NCBI GenBank assembly: GCA_032718475.1
Contig: JAUCBJ010003249.1
Span: 1 to 64,000 of the forward strand
Reading direction: 5' to 3'
DNA from: Nemertoderma westbladi
Lineage: Eukaryota > Animalia > Xenacoelomorpha
DNA: 64,000 nt
The translations under genes were made by a program, and so were the position numbers. The notes under the pieces were generated by a model. The model ran no database searches. It was given only the letters and a program-made list of their open reading frames with translations, and had not been told where the DNA came from. Shown piece after piece: positions 36,901 through 49,300 of this stretch (positions are counted from its first letter, which is position 1; each line of letters starts with the position of its first letter).

Positions 36901-39064
36901 TGTGTGTTAGTTTGTTAGTTTAAAGTTAGTGTTGTTTGTTTGTTAGTTTAAAGTTAGTGTTGTTTGTTTGTTAGTTTAAAGTTAGTGTTGTTTGTTTGTT
37001 AGTTTAAAGTTAGTGTTGTTTGTTTGTTAGTTTAAAGTTAGTGTTGTTTGTTTGTTAGTTTAAAGTTAGTGTTGTTTGTTTGTTAGTTTAAAGTTAGTGT
37101 TGTTTGTTTGTTAGTTTGTTAGTTTAAAGTTAGTGTTGTTTGTTTGTTAGTTTAAAGTTAGTGTTGTTTGTTTGTTAGTTTAAAGTTAGTGTTGTTTGTT
37201 TGTTAGTTTAAATTTAGTGTTGTTTGTTTGTTAGTTTGTTAGTTTAAAGTTATTGTTGTTTGTTTGTTAGTTTAAAGTTAGTGTTGTTTGTTTGTTAGTT
37301 TAAAGTTAGTGTTGTTTGTTTCTTAGTTTAAAGTTAGTGTTGTTTGTTTGTTAGTTTAAAGTTAGTGTTGTTTGTTTGTTAGTTTAAAGTTAGTGTTGTT
37401 TGTTTGTTTGTTAGTTTAAAGTTAGTGTTGTTTGTTTGTTAGTTTAAAGTTAGTGTTGTTTGTTTGTTAGTTTAAAGTTAGTGTTGTTTGTTTGTTAGTT
37501 TAAGGTTAGTGTTGTTTGTTTGTTAGTTTAAAGTTAGTGTTTTTTGTTTGTTAGTTTGTTAGTTTAAAGTTAGTGTTGTTTGTTTGTTAGTTTAAAGTTA
37601 GTGTTTTATTTGTTTGTTAGTTTAAAGTTAGTGTTGTTTGTTTGTTAGTTTGTTAGTTTAAAGTTAGTGTTGTTTGTTTGTTAGTTTAAAGTTAGTGTTG
37701 TTTGTTTGTTAGTTTGTTAGTTTAAAGTTAGTGTTGTTCGTTTGTTAGTTTAAAGTTAGTGTTGTTTGTTTGTTAGTTTAAAGTTAGTGTTGTTTGTTTG
37801 TTAGTTTAAAGTTAGTGTTGTTTGTTTGTTAGTTTAAAGTTAGTGTTGTTTGTTTGTTAGTTTAAAGTTAGTGTTGTTTGTTTGTTAGTTTAAAGTTAGT
37901 GTTGTTTGTTTGTTAGTTTAAAGTTAGTGTTGTTTGTTTGTTAGTTTAAAGTTAGTGTTGTTTGTTTGTTAGTTTGTTAGTTTAAAGTTAGTGTTGTTTG
38001 TTTGTTAGTTTAAAGTTAGTGTTGTTTGTTTGTTAGTTTGTTAGTTTAAAGTTAGTGTTGTTCGTTTGTTAGTTTAAAGTTAGTGTTGTTTGTTTGCTAG
38101 TTTAAAGTTAGTGTTGTTTGTTTGTTAGTTTAAAGTTAGTGTTGTTTGTTTGTTAGTTTAAAGTTAGTGTTGTTTGTTTGTTAGTTTAAAGTTAGTGTTG
38201 TTTGTTTGTTAGTTTAAAGTTAGTGTTGTTTGTTTGTTAGTTTAAAGTTAGTGTTGTTTGTTTGTTAGTTTAAAGTTAGTGTTGTTTGTTTGTTAGTTTA
38301 AAGTTAGTGTTGTTTGTTTGTTAGTTTGTTAGTTTAAAGTTAGTGTTGTTTGTTTGTTAGTTTAAAGTTAGTGTTGTTTGTTTGTTAGTTTGTTAGTTTA
38401 AAGTTAGTGTTGTTCGTTTGTTAGTTTAAAGTTAGTGTTGTTTGTTTGTTAGTTTAAAGTTAGTGTTGTTTGTTTGTTAGTTTAAAGTTAGTGTTGTTTG
38501 TTTGTTAGTTTAAAGTTAGTGTTGTTTGTTTGTTAGTTTAAAGTTAGTGTTGTTTGTTTGTTAGTTTGTTAGTTTAAAGTTAGTGTTGTTCGTTTGTTAG
38601 TTTAAAGTTAGTGTTGTTTGTTTCTTAGTTTAAAGTTAGTGTTGTTTGTTTGTTAGTTTATAGTTAGTGTTGTTTGTTTGTTAGTTTAAAGTTAGTGTTG
38701 TTTGTTTGTTAGTTTAAAGTTAGTGTTGTTTGTTTGTTAGTTTATAGTTAGTGTTGTTTGTTTGTTAGTTTAAAGTTAGTGTTGTTTGTTTGTTAGTTTA
38801 TAGTTAGTGTTGTTTGTTTGTTAGTTTAAAGTTAGTGTTGTTTGTTTGTTAGTTTATAGTTAGTGTTGTTTGTTTGTTAGTTTAAAGTTAGTGTTGTTTG
38901 TTTGTTAGTTTATAGTTAGTGTTGTTTGTTTGTTAGTTTAAAGTTAGTGTTGTTTGTTTGTTAGTTTAAAGTTAGTGTTGTTTGTTTGTTAGTTTAAAGT
39001 TAGTGTTGTTTGTTTGTTAGTTTAAAGTTAGTGTTGTTTGTTTGTTAGTTTAAAGTTAGTGTTG
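33914..39064. repeat. 28-bp satellite (GTTAGTTTAAAGTTAGTGTTGTTTGTTT), ~180 copies, filling DYNC2H1 intron 6
   Basis: Begins at the intron donor and is essentially C-free on the sense strand. Variants add GTTAGTTT or GTTT. Confidence 0.97.
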
Positions 39065-39430
39065 CCTATCTGCATACCTATAATGTCTAACCTTCCGAAA
39101 ACGGTATTTAATAGCCTCTGCTTTTTAGTGCTCAAGTTTGAAGCAACTTAAGGTACTGAATGGTAAAAAGTTAATTCAAAAAATTTAAGTAATAAATTCT
39201 TCAAAATGCCCCAAAAGCCTATTAATTTTCTGCCTGTGATTTTTGTAGTAAATTATTCAGTTGAAATACTAAAAATTATATTTATGAGGGAATAACCATA
39301 AATTTGGGCCGTTTTGAAAATCAGACGTTCATCAATTTATTATTAAGAACAATATTTTTGAACATGACGGCGTTATAAATATTATATATTTTATACTTAT
39401 ATTATATATATATATATTATTTTTTATTAG

Positions 39431-39663
39431 GCCAATTATCCGTATACATCGACAAACTCCGAGAGGACTTCAACCAAGCCTCGACCGGTGGTCCCGGACA
39501 GGAGGCTAACAATGTCCCAGAGGTTGTTAACCTCATCATCTACGTACGGCAGTTGGAGGGTAAAGTTGGGGAAACATTGGGGATAGCTGAGCAGTTACTA
39601 GGCGATCTCGGCCCCTTCAAACCCTTCAGACGAAGCGCCCTTGAGCTCCAAGATGAACTGCAG
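39431..39663 (+). CDS. DYNC2H1: DYNC2H1 coding exon 7
   Basis: TTATTAG|GC CAA; QLSVYIDKLREDF..NVPEVVNLIIYVRQLEGKV..ELQDELQ; donor CAG|GTAGGT, phase 0. Absent from the ORF track. Confidence 0.9.
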
Positions 39664-39835
39664 GTAGGTGATTAGTCCGACAGTGCTTCGTAGCATAGTA
39701 GCCGGCTATTTATTACCGTCGTTCTAAATTAACCTCTTCTTCTCTTTCCTACAGTATAACTGTACGCCGGTATGTCAATGTCGCAACCAATGAACTACGT
39801 TTAGTTTATTTGAGTGTTTCTTTATATATTCGTAG

Positions 39836-40066
39836 GTTTATCGGAGAGAGCAGTTCGATATTTGGTCCAGAGAGACTCTGCAAGCCATAGCAGACCCCGA
39901 TCAGCCACTGAGTCTGCACACCAGCGGTAGACTGATGAGTCTGTCTACCAAGGACGGAAAGCTTCGGGTCTCCTACAGCGAGAGACTGGTCTCCTTACTG
40001 AGGGAGGTCCGTATACTCGTTGCTATGGGATTCCCGATTCCAGCCAAGATTACTCATACCTCGGAG
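39836..40066 (+). CDS. DYNC2H1: DYNC2H1 coding exon 8
   Basis: CGTAG|GTT; VYRREQFDIWSRE..DGKLRVSYSERLVSLLREVRILVAMGFPIPAKI; donor GAG|GTAATT, phase 0. Confidence 0.9.
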
Positions 40067-40164
40067 GTAATTTTCTTCTTCTAACTCAACTGTTTTGTGA
40101 ACGTCGGTGTGCTAGCTCGCTATGATTATCTTATTGCTTCGATTATTATCTTGTATTTCCCAAG

Positions 40165-40347
40165 GTTGCCCAGAAGTTTTACCGCCATGGAATTATATTG
40201 AAGCAAGTCGCTCATTTCTACAACACAATCGATCAGCAGATGATACATAGCCAGAAACCCATGATGCTCGATGCCGCCTTAGCGTTCGAGAAAATTGTTA
40301 AGAATCCAAATACCACGAGTAAGAATGAAGGTGGTGACAAAGTACAG
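40165..40347 (+). CDS. DYNC2H1: DYNC2H1 coding exon 9
   Basis: CCCAAG|GTT; VAQKFYRHGIILKQVAHFYNTIDQQMIHSQKPMMLDAALAFEKIVKN..GGDKVQ; donor CAG|GTGGGT, phase 0. Confidence 0.92.
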
Positions 40348-43300
40348 GTGGGTTGTATATGGAGTATCTCTATGGTGACAAAGTACAGGTGGGTTGTATA
40401 TGGAGTATCTCCATGGTGACAAAGTACAGGTGGGTTGTGTATGGAGTATCTCTATGGTGACAAAGTAACGGTGGGTTGTATACGGAGTATCTCCATGGTG
40501 ACAAAGTACGGGTGGGTTGTATATGGAGTATCTCTCTCTATGGTGATAAAGTACAGGTGGGTTGTGTATGGAGTATCTCTATGGTGATAAAGTACAGGTG
40601 GGTTGTGTATGGAGTATCTCTATGGTGATAAAGTACAGGTGGGTTGTGTATGGAGTATCTCTATGGTGATAAAGTACAGGTGGGTTGTGTATGGAGTATC
40701 TCTCTCTATGGTGACAAAGTACAGGTGGGTTGTATATGGAGTATCTCTATGGTGACAAAGTACAGGTGGGTTGTGTATGGAGTATCTCTATGGTGATAAA
40801 GTACAGTGGGTTGTGTATGGAGTATCTCTATGGTGATAAAGTACAGGTGGGTTGTGTATGGAGTATCTCTATGGTGATAAAGTACAGGTGGGTTGTGTAT
40901 GGAGTATCTCTATGGTGATAAAGTACAGGTGGGTTGTGTATGGAGTATCTCTATGGTGATAAAGTACAGGTGGGTTGTGTATGGAGTATCTCTATGGTGA
41001 TAAAGTACAGGTGGGTTGTGTATGGAGTATCTCTCTCTATGGTGACAAAGTACAGGTGGGTTGTATATGGAGTATCTCTATGGTGACAAAGTACAGGTGG
41101 GTTGTGTATGGAGTATCTCTATGGTGATAAAGTACAGTGGGTTGTATATGGAGTATCTCCATGGTGATAAAGTACAGGTGGGTTGTGTATGGAGTATCTC
41201 TATGGTGACAAATTACAGGTGGGTTGTATATGGAGTATCTCCATGGTGACAAAGTACAGGTGGGTTGTGTATGGAGTATCTCTATGGTGATAAAGTACAG
41301 GTGGGTTGTGTATGGAGTATCTCTCTCTATGGTGACAAAGTACAGGTGGGTTGTATATGGAGTATCTCCATGGTGACAAAGTACAGGTGGGTTGTGTATG
41401 GAGTATCTCTATGGTGACAAAGTACAGTGGGTTGTATATGTAGTATCTCTATGGTGATAAAGTACAGGTGGGTTGTATATGGAGTATCTCTATGGTGACA
41501 AAGTACAGGTGGGTTGTATATGGAGTATCTCTATGGTGACAAAGTACAGGTGGGTTGTATATGGAGTATCTCCATGGTGACAAAGTACAGGTGGGTTGTG
41601 TATGGAGTATCTCTATGGTGACAAAGTACAGTGGGTTGTATATGGAGTATCTCTATGGTGATAAAGTACAGGTGGGTTGTGTATGGAGTATCTCCATGGT
41701 GACAAAGTACAGGTGGGTTGTATATGGAGTATCTCTATGGTGATAAAGTACAGGTGGGTTGTGTATGGAGTATCTCTATGGTGACAAAGTACAGGTGGGT
41801 TGTATATGGAGTATCTCTCTCTATGGTGACAAAGTACAGGTGGGTTGTATATGGAGTATCTCTCTCTATGGTGACAAAGTACAGGTGGGTTGTATATGGA
41901 GTATCTCTATGGTGATAAAGTACAGTGGGTTGTATATGGAGTATCTCTATGGTGACAAAGTACAGGTGGGTTGTGTATGGAGTATCTCCATGGTGACAAA
42001 GTACAGGTGGGTTGTGTATGGAGTATCTCTATGGTGACAAAGTACAGGTGGGTTGTATATGGAGTATCTCTATGGTGATAAAGTACAGGTGGGTTGTGTA
42101 TGGAGTATCTCTCTCTATGGTGACAAAGTACAGGTGGGTTGTATATGGAGTATCTCTCTCTATGGTGACAAAGTACAGGTGGGTTGTATATGGAGTATCT
42201 CTATGGTGATAAAGTACAGTGGGTTGTATATGGAGTATCTCTATGGTGACAAAGTACAGGTGGGTTGTATATGGAGTATCTCTCTCTATGGTGACAAAGT
42301 ACAGTGGGTTGTATATGGAGTATCTCTATGGTGACAAAGTACAGGTGGGTTGTATATGGAGTATCTCTATGGTGACAAAGTACAGTGGGTTGTATATGGA
42401 GTATCTCTATGGTGACAAAGTACAGGTGGGTTGTATATGGAGTATCTCTCTCTATGGTGACAAAGTACAGTGGGTTGTATATGGAGTATCTCTATGGTGA
42501 CAAAGTACAGGTGGGTTGTATATGGAGTATCTCTCTCTATGGTGACAAAGTACAGTGGGTTGTATATGGAGTATCTCTATGGTGACAAAGTACAGGTGGG
42601 TTGTATATGGAGTATCTCTCTCTATGGTGACAAAGTACAGTGGGTTGTATATGGAGTATCTCTATGGTGACAAAGTACAGGTGGGTTGTATATGGAGTAT
42701 CTCTATGGTGACAAAGTACAGTGGGTTGTATATGGAGTATCTCTATGGTGACAAAGTACAGGTGGGTTGTATATGGAGTATCTCTCTCTATGGTGACAAA
42801 GTACAGTGGGTTGTATATGGAGTATCTCTATGGTGACAAAGTACAGGTGGGTTGTATATGGAGTATCTCTATGGTGATAAAGTACAGTGGGTTGTATATG
42901 GAGTATCTCTATGGTGACAAAGTACAGGTGGGTTGTATATGGAGTATCTCTCTCTATGGTGACAAAGTACAGTGGGTTGTATATGGAGTATCTCTATGGT
43001 GACAAAGTACAGGTGGGTTGTATATGGAGTATCTCTATGGTGATAAAGTACAGTGGGTTGTATATGGAGTATCTCTATGGTGACAAAGTACAGTGGGTTG
43101 TATATGGAGTATCTCTATGGTGATAAAGTACAGGTGGGTTGTGTATGGAGTATCTCTATGGTGACAAAGTACAGGTGGGTTGTATATGGAGTATCTCTAT
43201 GGTGATAAAGTACAGGTGGGTTGTATATGGAGTATCTCTATGGTGATAAAGTACAGTGGGTTGTATATGGAGTATCTCTATGGTGACAAAGTACAGGTGG

Positions 43301-46300
43301 GTTGTATATGGAGTATCTCTATGGTGATAAAGTACAGGTGGGTTGTGTATGGAGTATCTCCATGGTGACAAAGTACAGGTGGGTTGTATATGGAGTATCT
43401 CTATGGTGATAAAGTACAGGTGGGTTGTGTATGGAGTATCTCTATGGTGACAAAGTACAGGTGGGTTGTATATGGAGTATCTCTATGGTGATAAAGTACA
43501 GGTGGGTTGTATATGGAGTATCTCTATGGTGATAAAGTACAGTGGGTTGTATATGGAGTATCTCTATGGTGACAAAGTACAGTGGGTTGTATATGGAGTA
43601 TCTCTATGGTGATAAAGTACAGGTGGGTTGTGTATGGAGTATCTCTATGGTGATAAAGTACAGTGGGTTGTATATGGAGTATCTCTATGGTGATAAAGTA
43701 CAGTGGGTTGTATATGGAGTATCTCTATGGTGACAAAGTACAGGTGGGTTGTATATGGAGTATCTCCATGGTGACAAAGTACAGGTGGGTTGTATATGGA
43801 GTATCTCTATGGTGATAAAGTACAGGTGGGTTGTGTATGGAGTATCTCTATGGTGATAAAGTACAGTGGGTTGTGTATGGAGTATCTCTATGGTGATAAA
43901 GTACAGTGGGTTGTATATGGAGTATCTCTATGGTGATAAAGTACAGGTGGGTTGTGTATGGAGTATCTCTATGGTGATAAAGTACAGTGGGTTGTGTATG
44001 GAGTATCTCTATGGTGATAAAGTACAGGTGGGTTGTGTATGGAGTATCTCTATGGTGATAAAGTACAGTGGGTTGTATATGGAGTATCTCTATGGTGATA
44101 AAGTACAGTGGGTTGTATATGGAGTATCTCTATGGTGATAAAGTACAGGTGGGTTGTGTATGGAGTATCTCTATGGTGACAAAGTACAGGTGGGTTGTAT
44201 ATGGAGTATCTCTATGGTGATAAAGTACAGTGGGTTGTATATGGAGTATCTCTATGGTGACAAAGTACAGGTGGGTTGTATATGGAGTATCTCTATGGTG
44301 ATAAAGTACAGGTGGGTTGTGTATGGAGTATCTCTATGGTGATAAAGTACAGGTGGGTTGTATATGGAGTATCTCTATGGTGATAAAGTACAGTGGGTTG
44401 TATATGGAGTATCTCTATGGTGATAAAGTACAGTGGGTTGTATATGGAGTATCTCTATGGTGATAAAGTACAGTGGGTTGTATATGGAGTATCTCTATGG
44501 TGATAAAGTACAGTGGGTTGTATATGGAGTATCTCTATGGTGATAAAGTACAGTGGGTTGTATATGGAGTATCTCTATGGTGATAAAGTACAGGTGGGTT
44601 GTGTATGGAGTATCTCTATGGTGATAAAGTACAGTGGGTTGTATATGGAGTATCTCTATGGTGATAAAGTACAGGTGGGTTGTGTATGGAGTATCTCTAT
44701 GGTGATAAAGTACAGTGGGTTGTATATGGAGTATCTCTATGGTGATAAAGTACAGTGGGTTGTATATGGAGTATCTCTATGGTGATAAAGTACAGGTGGG
44801 TTGTGTATGGAGTATCTCTATGGTGATAAAGTACAGTGGGTTGTATATGGAGTATCTCTATGGTGATAAAGTACAGGTGGGTTGTGTATGGAGTATCTCT
44901 ATGGTGATAAAGTACAGTGGGTTGTATATGGAGTATCTCTATGGTGATAAAGTACAGGTGGGTTGTGTATGGAGTATCTCTATGGTGATAAAGTACAGTG
45001 GGTTGTATATGGAGTATCTCTATGGTGATAAAGTACAGTGGGTTGTATATGGAGTATCTCTATGGTGATAAAGTACAGGTGGGTTGTGTATGGAGTATCT
45101 CTATGGTGATAAAGTACAGGTGGGTTGTGTATGGAGTATCTCTATGGTGACAAAGTACAGGTGGGTTGTATATGGAGTATCTCTATGGTGACAAAGTACA
45201 GTGGGTTGTGTATGGAGTATCTCTATGGTGATAAAGTACAGTGGGTTGTATATGGAGTATCTCTATGGTGATAAAGTACAGTGGGTTGTATATGGAGTAT
45301 CTCTATGGTGATAAAGTACAGGTGGGTTGTATATGGAGTATCTCTATGGTGATAAAGTACAGGTGGGTTGTGTATGGAGTATCTCTATGGTGATAAAGTA
45401 CAGTGGGTTGTATATGGAGTATCTCTATGGTGATAAAGTACAGGTGGGTTGTATATGGAGTATCTCTATGGTGATAAAGTACAGGTGGGTTGTATATGGA
45501 GTATCTCTATGGTGACAAAGTACAGGTGGGTTGTATATGGAGTATCTCTATGGTGATAAAGTACAGGTGGGTTGTGTATGGAGTATCTCTATGGTGATAA
45601 AGTACAGGTGGGTTGTGTATGGAGTATCTCTATGGTGATAAAGTACAGTGGGTTGTGTATGGAGTATCTCTATGGTGATAAAGTACAGGTGGGTTGTGTA
45701 TGGAGTATCTCTATGGTGATAAAGTACAGTGGGTTGTATATGGAGTATCTCTATGGTGACAAAGTACAGGTGGGTTGTATATGGAGTATCTCTATGGTGA
45801 TAAAGTACAGGTGGGTTGTGTATGGAGTATCTCTATGGTGATAAAGTACAGGTGGGTTGTGTATGGAGTATCTCTATGGTGATAAAGTACAGGTGGGTTG
45901 TGTATGGAGTATCTCTATGGTGATAAAGTACAGGTGGGTTGTATATGGAGTATCTCCATGGTGACAAAGTACAGGTGGGTTGTGTATGGAGTATCTCTAT
46001 GGTGATAAAGTACAGGTGGGTTGTGTATGGAGTATCTCTCTCTATGGTGACAAAGTACAGGTGGGTTGTATATGGAGTATCTCCATGGTGACAAAGTACA
46101 GGTGGGTTGTATATGGAGTATCTCTCTCTATGGTGACAAAGTACAGGTGGGTTGTATATGGAGTATCTCTATGGTGATAAAGTACAGGTGGGTTGTGTAT
46201 GGAGTATCTCTCTCTATGGTGACAAAGTACAGGTGGGTTGTATATGGAGTATCTCCATGGTGACAAAGTACAGGTGGGTTGTGTATGGAGTATCTCTATG

Positions 46301-49300
46301 GTGACAAAGTACAGTGGGTTGTATATGGAGTATCTCTCTCTATGGTGACAAAGTACAGGTGGGTTGTATATGGAGTATCTCTCTCTATGGTGACAAAGTA
46401 CAGGTGGGTTGTATATGGAGTATCTCTATGGTGACAAAGTACAGGTGGGTTGTATATGGAGTATCTCTCTCTATGGTGACAAAGTACAGGTGGGTTGTAT
46501 ATGGAGTATCTCTCTCTATGGTGACAAAGTACAGGTGGGTTGTATATGGAGTATCTCTATGGTGATAAAGTACAGGTGGGTTGTGTATGGAGTATCTCTA
46601 TGGTGACAAAGTACAGTGGGTTGTATATGGAGTATCTCTATGGTGACAAAGTACAGGTGGGTTGTATATGGAGTATCTCTATGGTGATAAAGTACAGGTG
46701 GGTTGTATATGGAGTATCTCTCTCTATGGTGACAAAGTACAGGTGGGTTGTATATGGAGTATCTCCATGGTGACAAAGTACAGGTGGGTTGTATATGGAG
46801 TATCTCTATGGTGATAAAGTACAGGTGGGTTGTATATGGAGTATCTCTATGGTGACAAAGTACAGGTGGGTTGTATATGGAGTATCTCTATGGTGATAAA
46901 GTACAGGTGGGTTGTATATGGAGTATCTCTATGGTGATAAAGTACAGGTGGGTTGTATATGGAGTATCTCTCTCTATGGTGACAAAGTACAGGTGGGTTG
47001 TATATGGAGTATCTCCATGGTGACAAAGTACAGGTGGGTTGTATATGGAGTATCTCTATGGTGACAAAGTACAGTGGGTTGTATATGTAGTATCTCTATG
47101 GTGATAAAGTACAGGTGGGTTGTATATGGAGTATCTCTATGGTGACAAAGTACAGGTGGGTTGTATATGGAGTATCTCTATGGTGACAAAGTACAGGTGG
47201 GTTGTATATGGAGTATCTCCATGGTGACAAAGTACAGGTGGGTTGTGTATGGAGTATCTCTATGGTGACAAAGTACAGTGGGTTGTATATGGAGTATCTC
47301 TATGGTGACAAAGTACAGGTGGGTTGTATATGGAGTATCTCTATGGTGACAAAGTACAGTGGGTTGTATATGGAGTATCTCTCTCTATGGTGACAAAGTA
47401 CGGGTGGGTTGTATATGGAGTATCTCTATGGTGACAAAGTACAGGTGGGTTGTATATGGAGTATCTCCATGGTGACAAAGTACAGGTGGGTTGTATATGG
47501 AGTATCTCTATGGTGATAAAGTACAGGTGGGTTGTATATGGAGTATCTCTATGGTGACAAAGTACAGGTGGGTTGTATATGGAGTATCTCCATGGTGACA
47601 AAGTACAGGTGGGTTGTATATGGAGTATCTCTCTCTATGGTGACAAAGTACAGGTGGGTTGTATATGGAGTATCTCCATGGTGACAAAGTACAGGTGGGT
47701 TGTATATGGAGTATCTCTATGGTGATAAAGTACAGGTGGGTTGTATATGGAGTATCTCTATGGTGACAAAGTACAGGTGGGTTGTATATGGAGTATCTCC
47801 ATGGTGACAAAGTACAGGTGGGTTGTGTATGGAGTATCTCTATGGTGACAAAGTACAGTGGGTTGTATATGGAGTATCTCTATGGTGACAAAGTACAGGT
47901 GGGTTGTATATGGAGTATCTCCATGGTGACAAAGTACAGGTGGGTTGTGTATGGAGTATCTCTATGGTGACAAAGTACAGTGGGTTGTATATGGAGTATC
48001 TCTATGGTGACAAAGTACAGTGGGTTGTATATGGAGTATCTCTATGGTGACAAAGTACAGTGGGTTGTATATGGAGTATCTCTATGGTGATAAAGTACAG
48101 GTGGGTTGTATATGGAGTATCTCTATGGTGATAAAGTACAGGTGGGTTGTATATGGAGTATCTCTATGGTGACAAAGTACAGGTGGGTTGTATATGGAGT
48201 ATCTCTATGGTGACAAAGTACAGTGGGTTGTGTATGGAGTATCTCTATGGTGACAAAGTACAGTGGGTTGTATATGGAGTATCTCTCTCTATGGTGACAA
48301 AGTACAGGTGGGTTGTATATGGAGTATCTCCATGGTGACAAAGTATAGGTGGGTTGTATATGGAGTATCTCTATGGTGACAAAGTACAGTGGGTTGTATA
48401 TGGAGTATCTCTCTCTATGGTGACAAAGTACAGGTGGGTTGTATATGGAGTATCTCTCTCTATGGTGACAAAGTACAGGTGGGTTGTATATGGAGTATCT
48501 CCATGGTGACAAAGTATAGGTGGGTTGTATATGGAGTATCTCTCTCTATGGTGACAAAGTACAGGTGGGTTGTATATGGAGTATCTCCATGGTGACAAAG
48601 TACAGTGGGTTGTATATGGAGTATCTCTCTCTATGGTGACAAAGTACAGGTGGGTTGTATATGGAGTATCTCCATGGTGACAAAGTATAGGTGGGTTGTA
48701 TATGGAGTATCTCTATGGTGATAAAGTACAGGTGGGTTGTATATGGAGTATCTCTATGGTGACAAAGTACAGGTGGGTTGTATATGGAGTATCTCTATGG
48801 TGATAAAGTACAGGTGGGTTGTGTATGGAGTATCTCTATGGTGACAAAGTACAGTGGGTTGTATATGGAGTATCTCTCTCTATGGTGACAAAGTACAGGT
48901 GGGTTGTATATGGAGTATCTCTCTCTATGGTGACAAAGTACAGGTGGGTTGTATATGGAGTATCTCCATGGTGACAAAGTACAGTGGGTTGTATATGGAG
49001 TATCTCTCTCTATGGTGACAAAGTACAGGTGGGTTGTATATGGAGTATCTCCATGGTGACAAAGTATAGGTGGGTTGTATATGGAGTATCTCTATGGTGA
49101 TAAAGTACAGGTGGGTTGTATATGGAGTATCTCTATGGTGACAAAGTACAGGTGGGTTGTATATGGAGTATCTCTATGGTGATAAAGTACAGGTGGGTTG
49201 TATATGGAGTATCTCTATGGTGATAAAGTACAGGTGGGTTGTATATGGAGTATCTCTATGGTGACAAAGTACAGTGGGTTGTATATGTAGTATCTCTATG

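Noticed and set aside
33914-39064. Telomeric or interstitial telomere repeat
   Set aside because: Contains TTAGT, not TTAGG or TTAGGG. The unit is 28 bp and lies between two in-frame DYNC2H1 exons.
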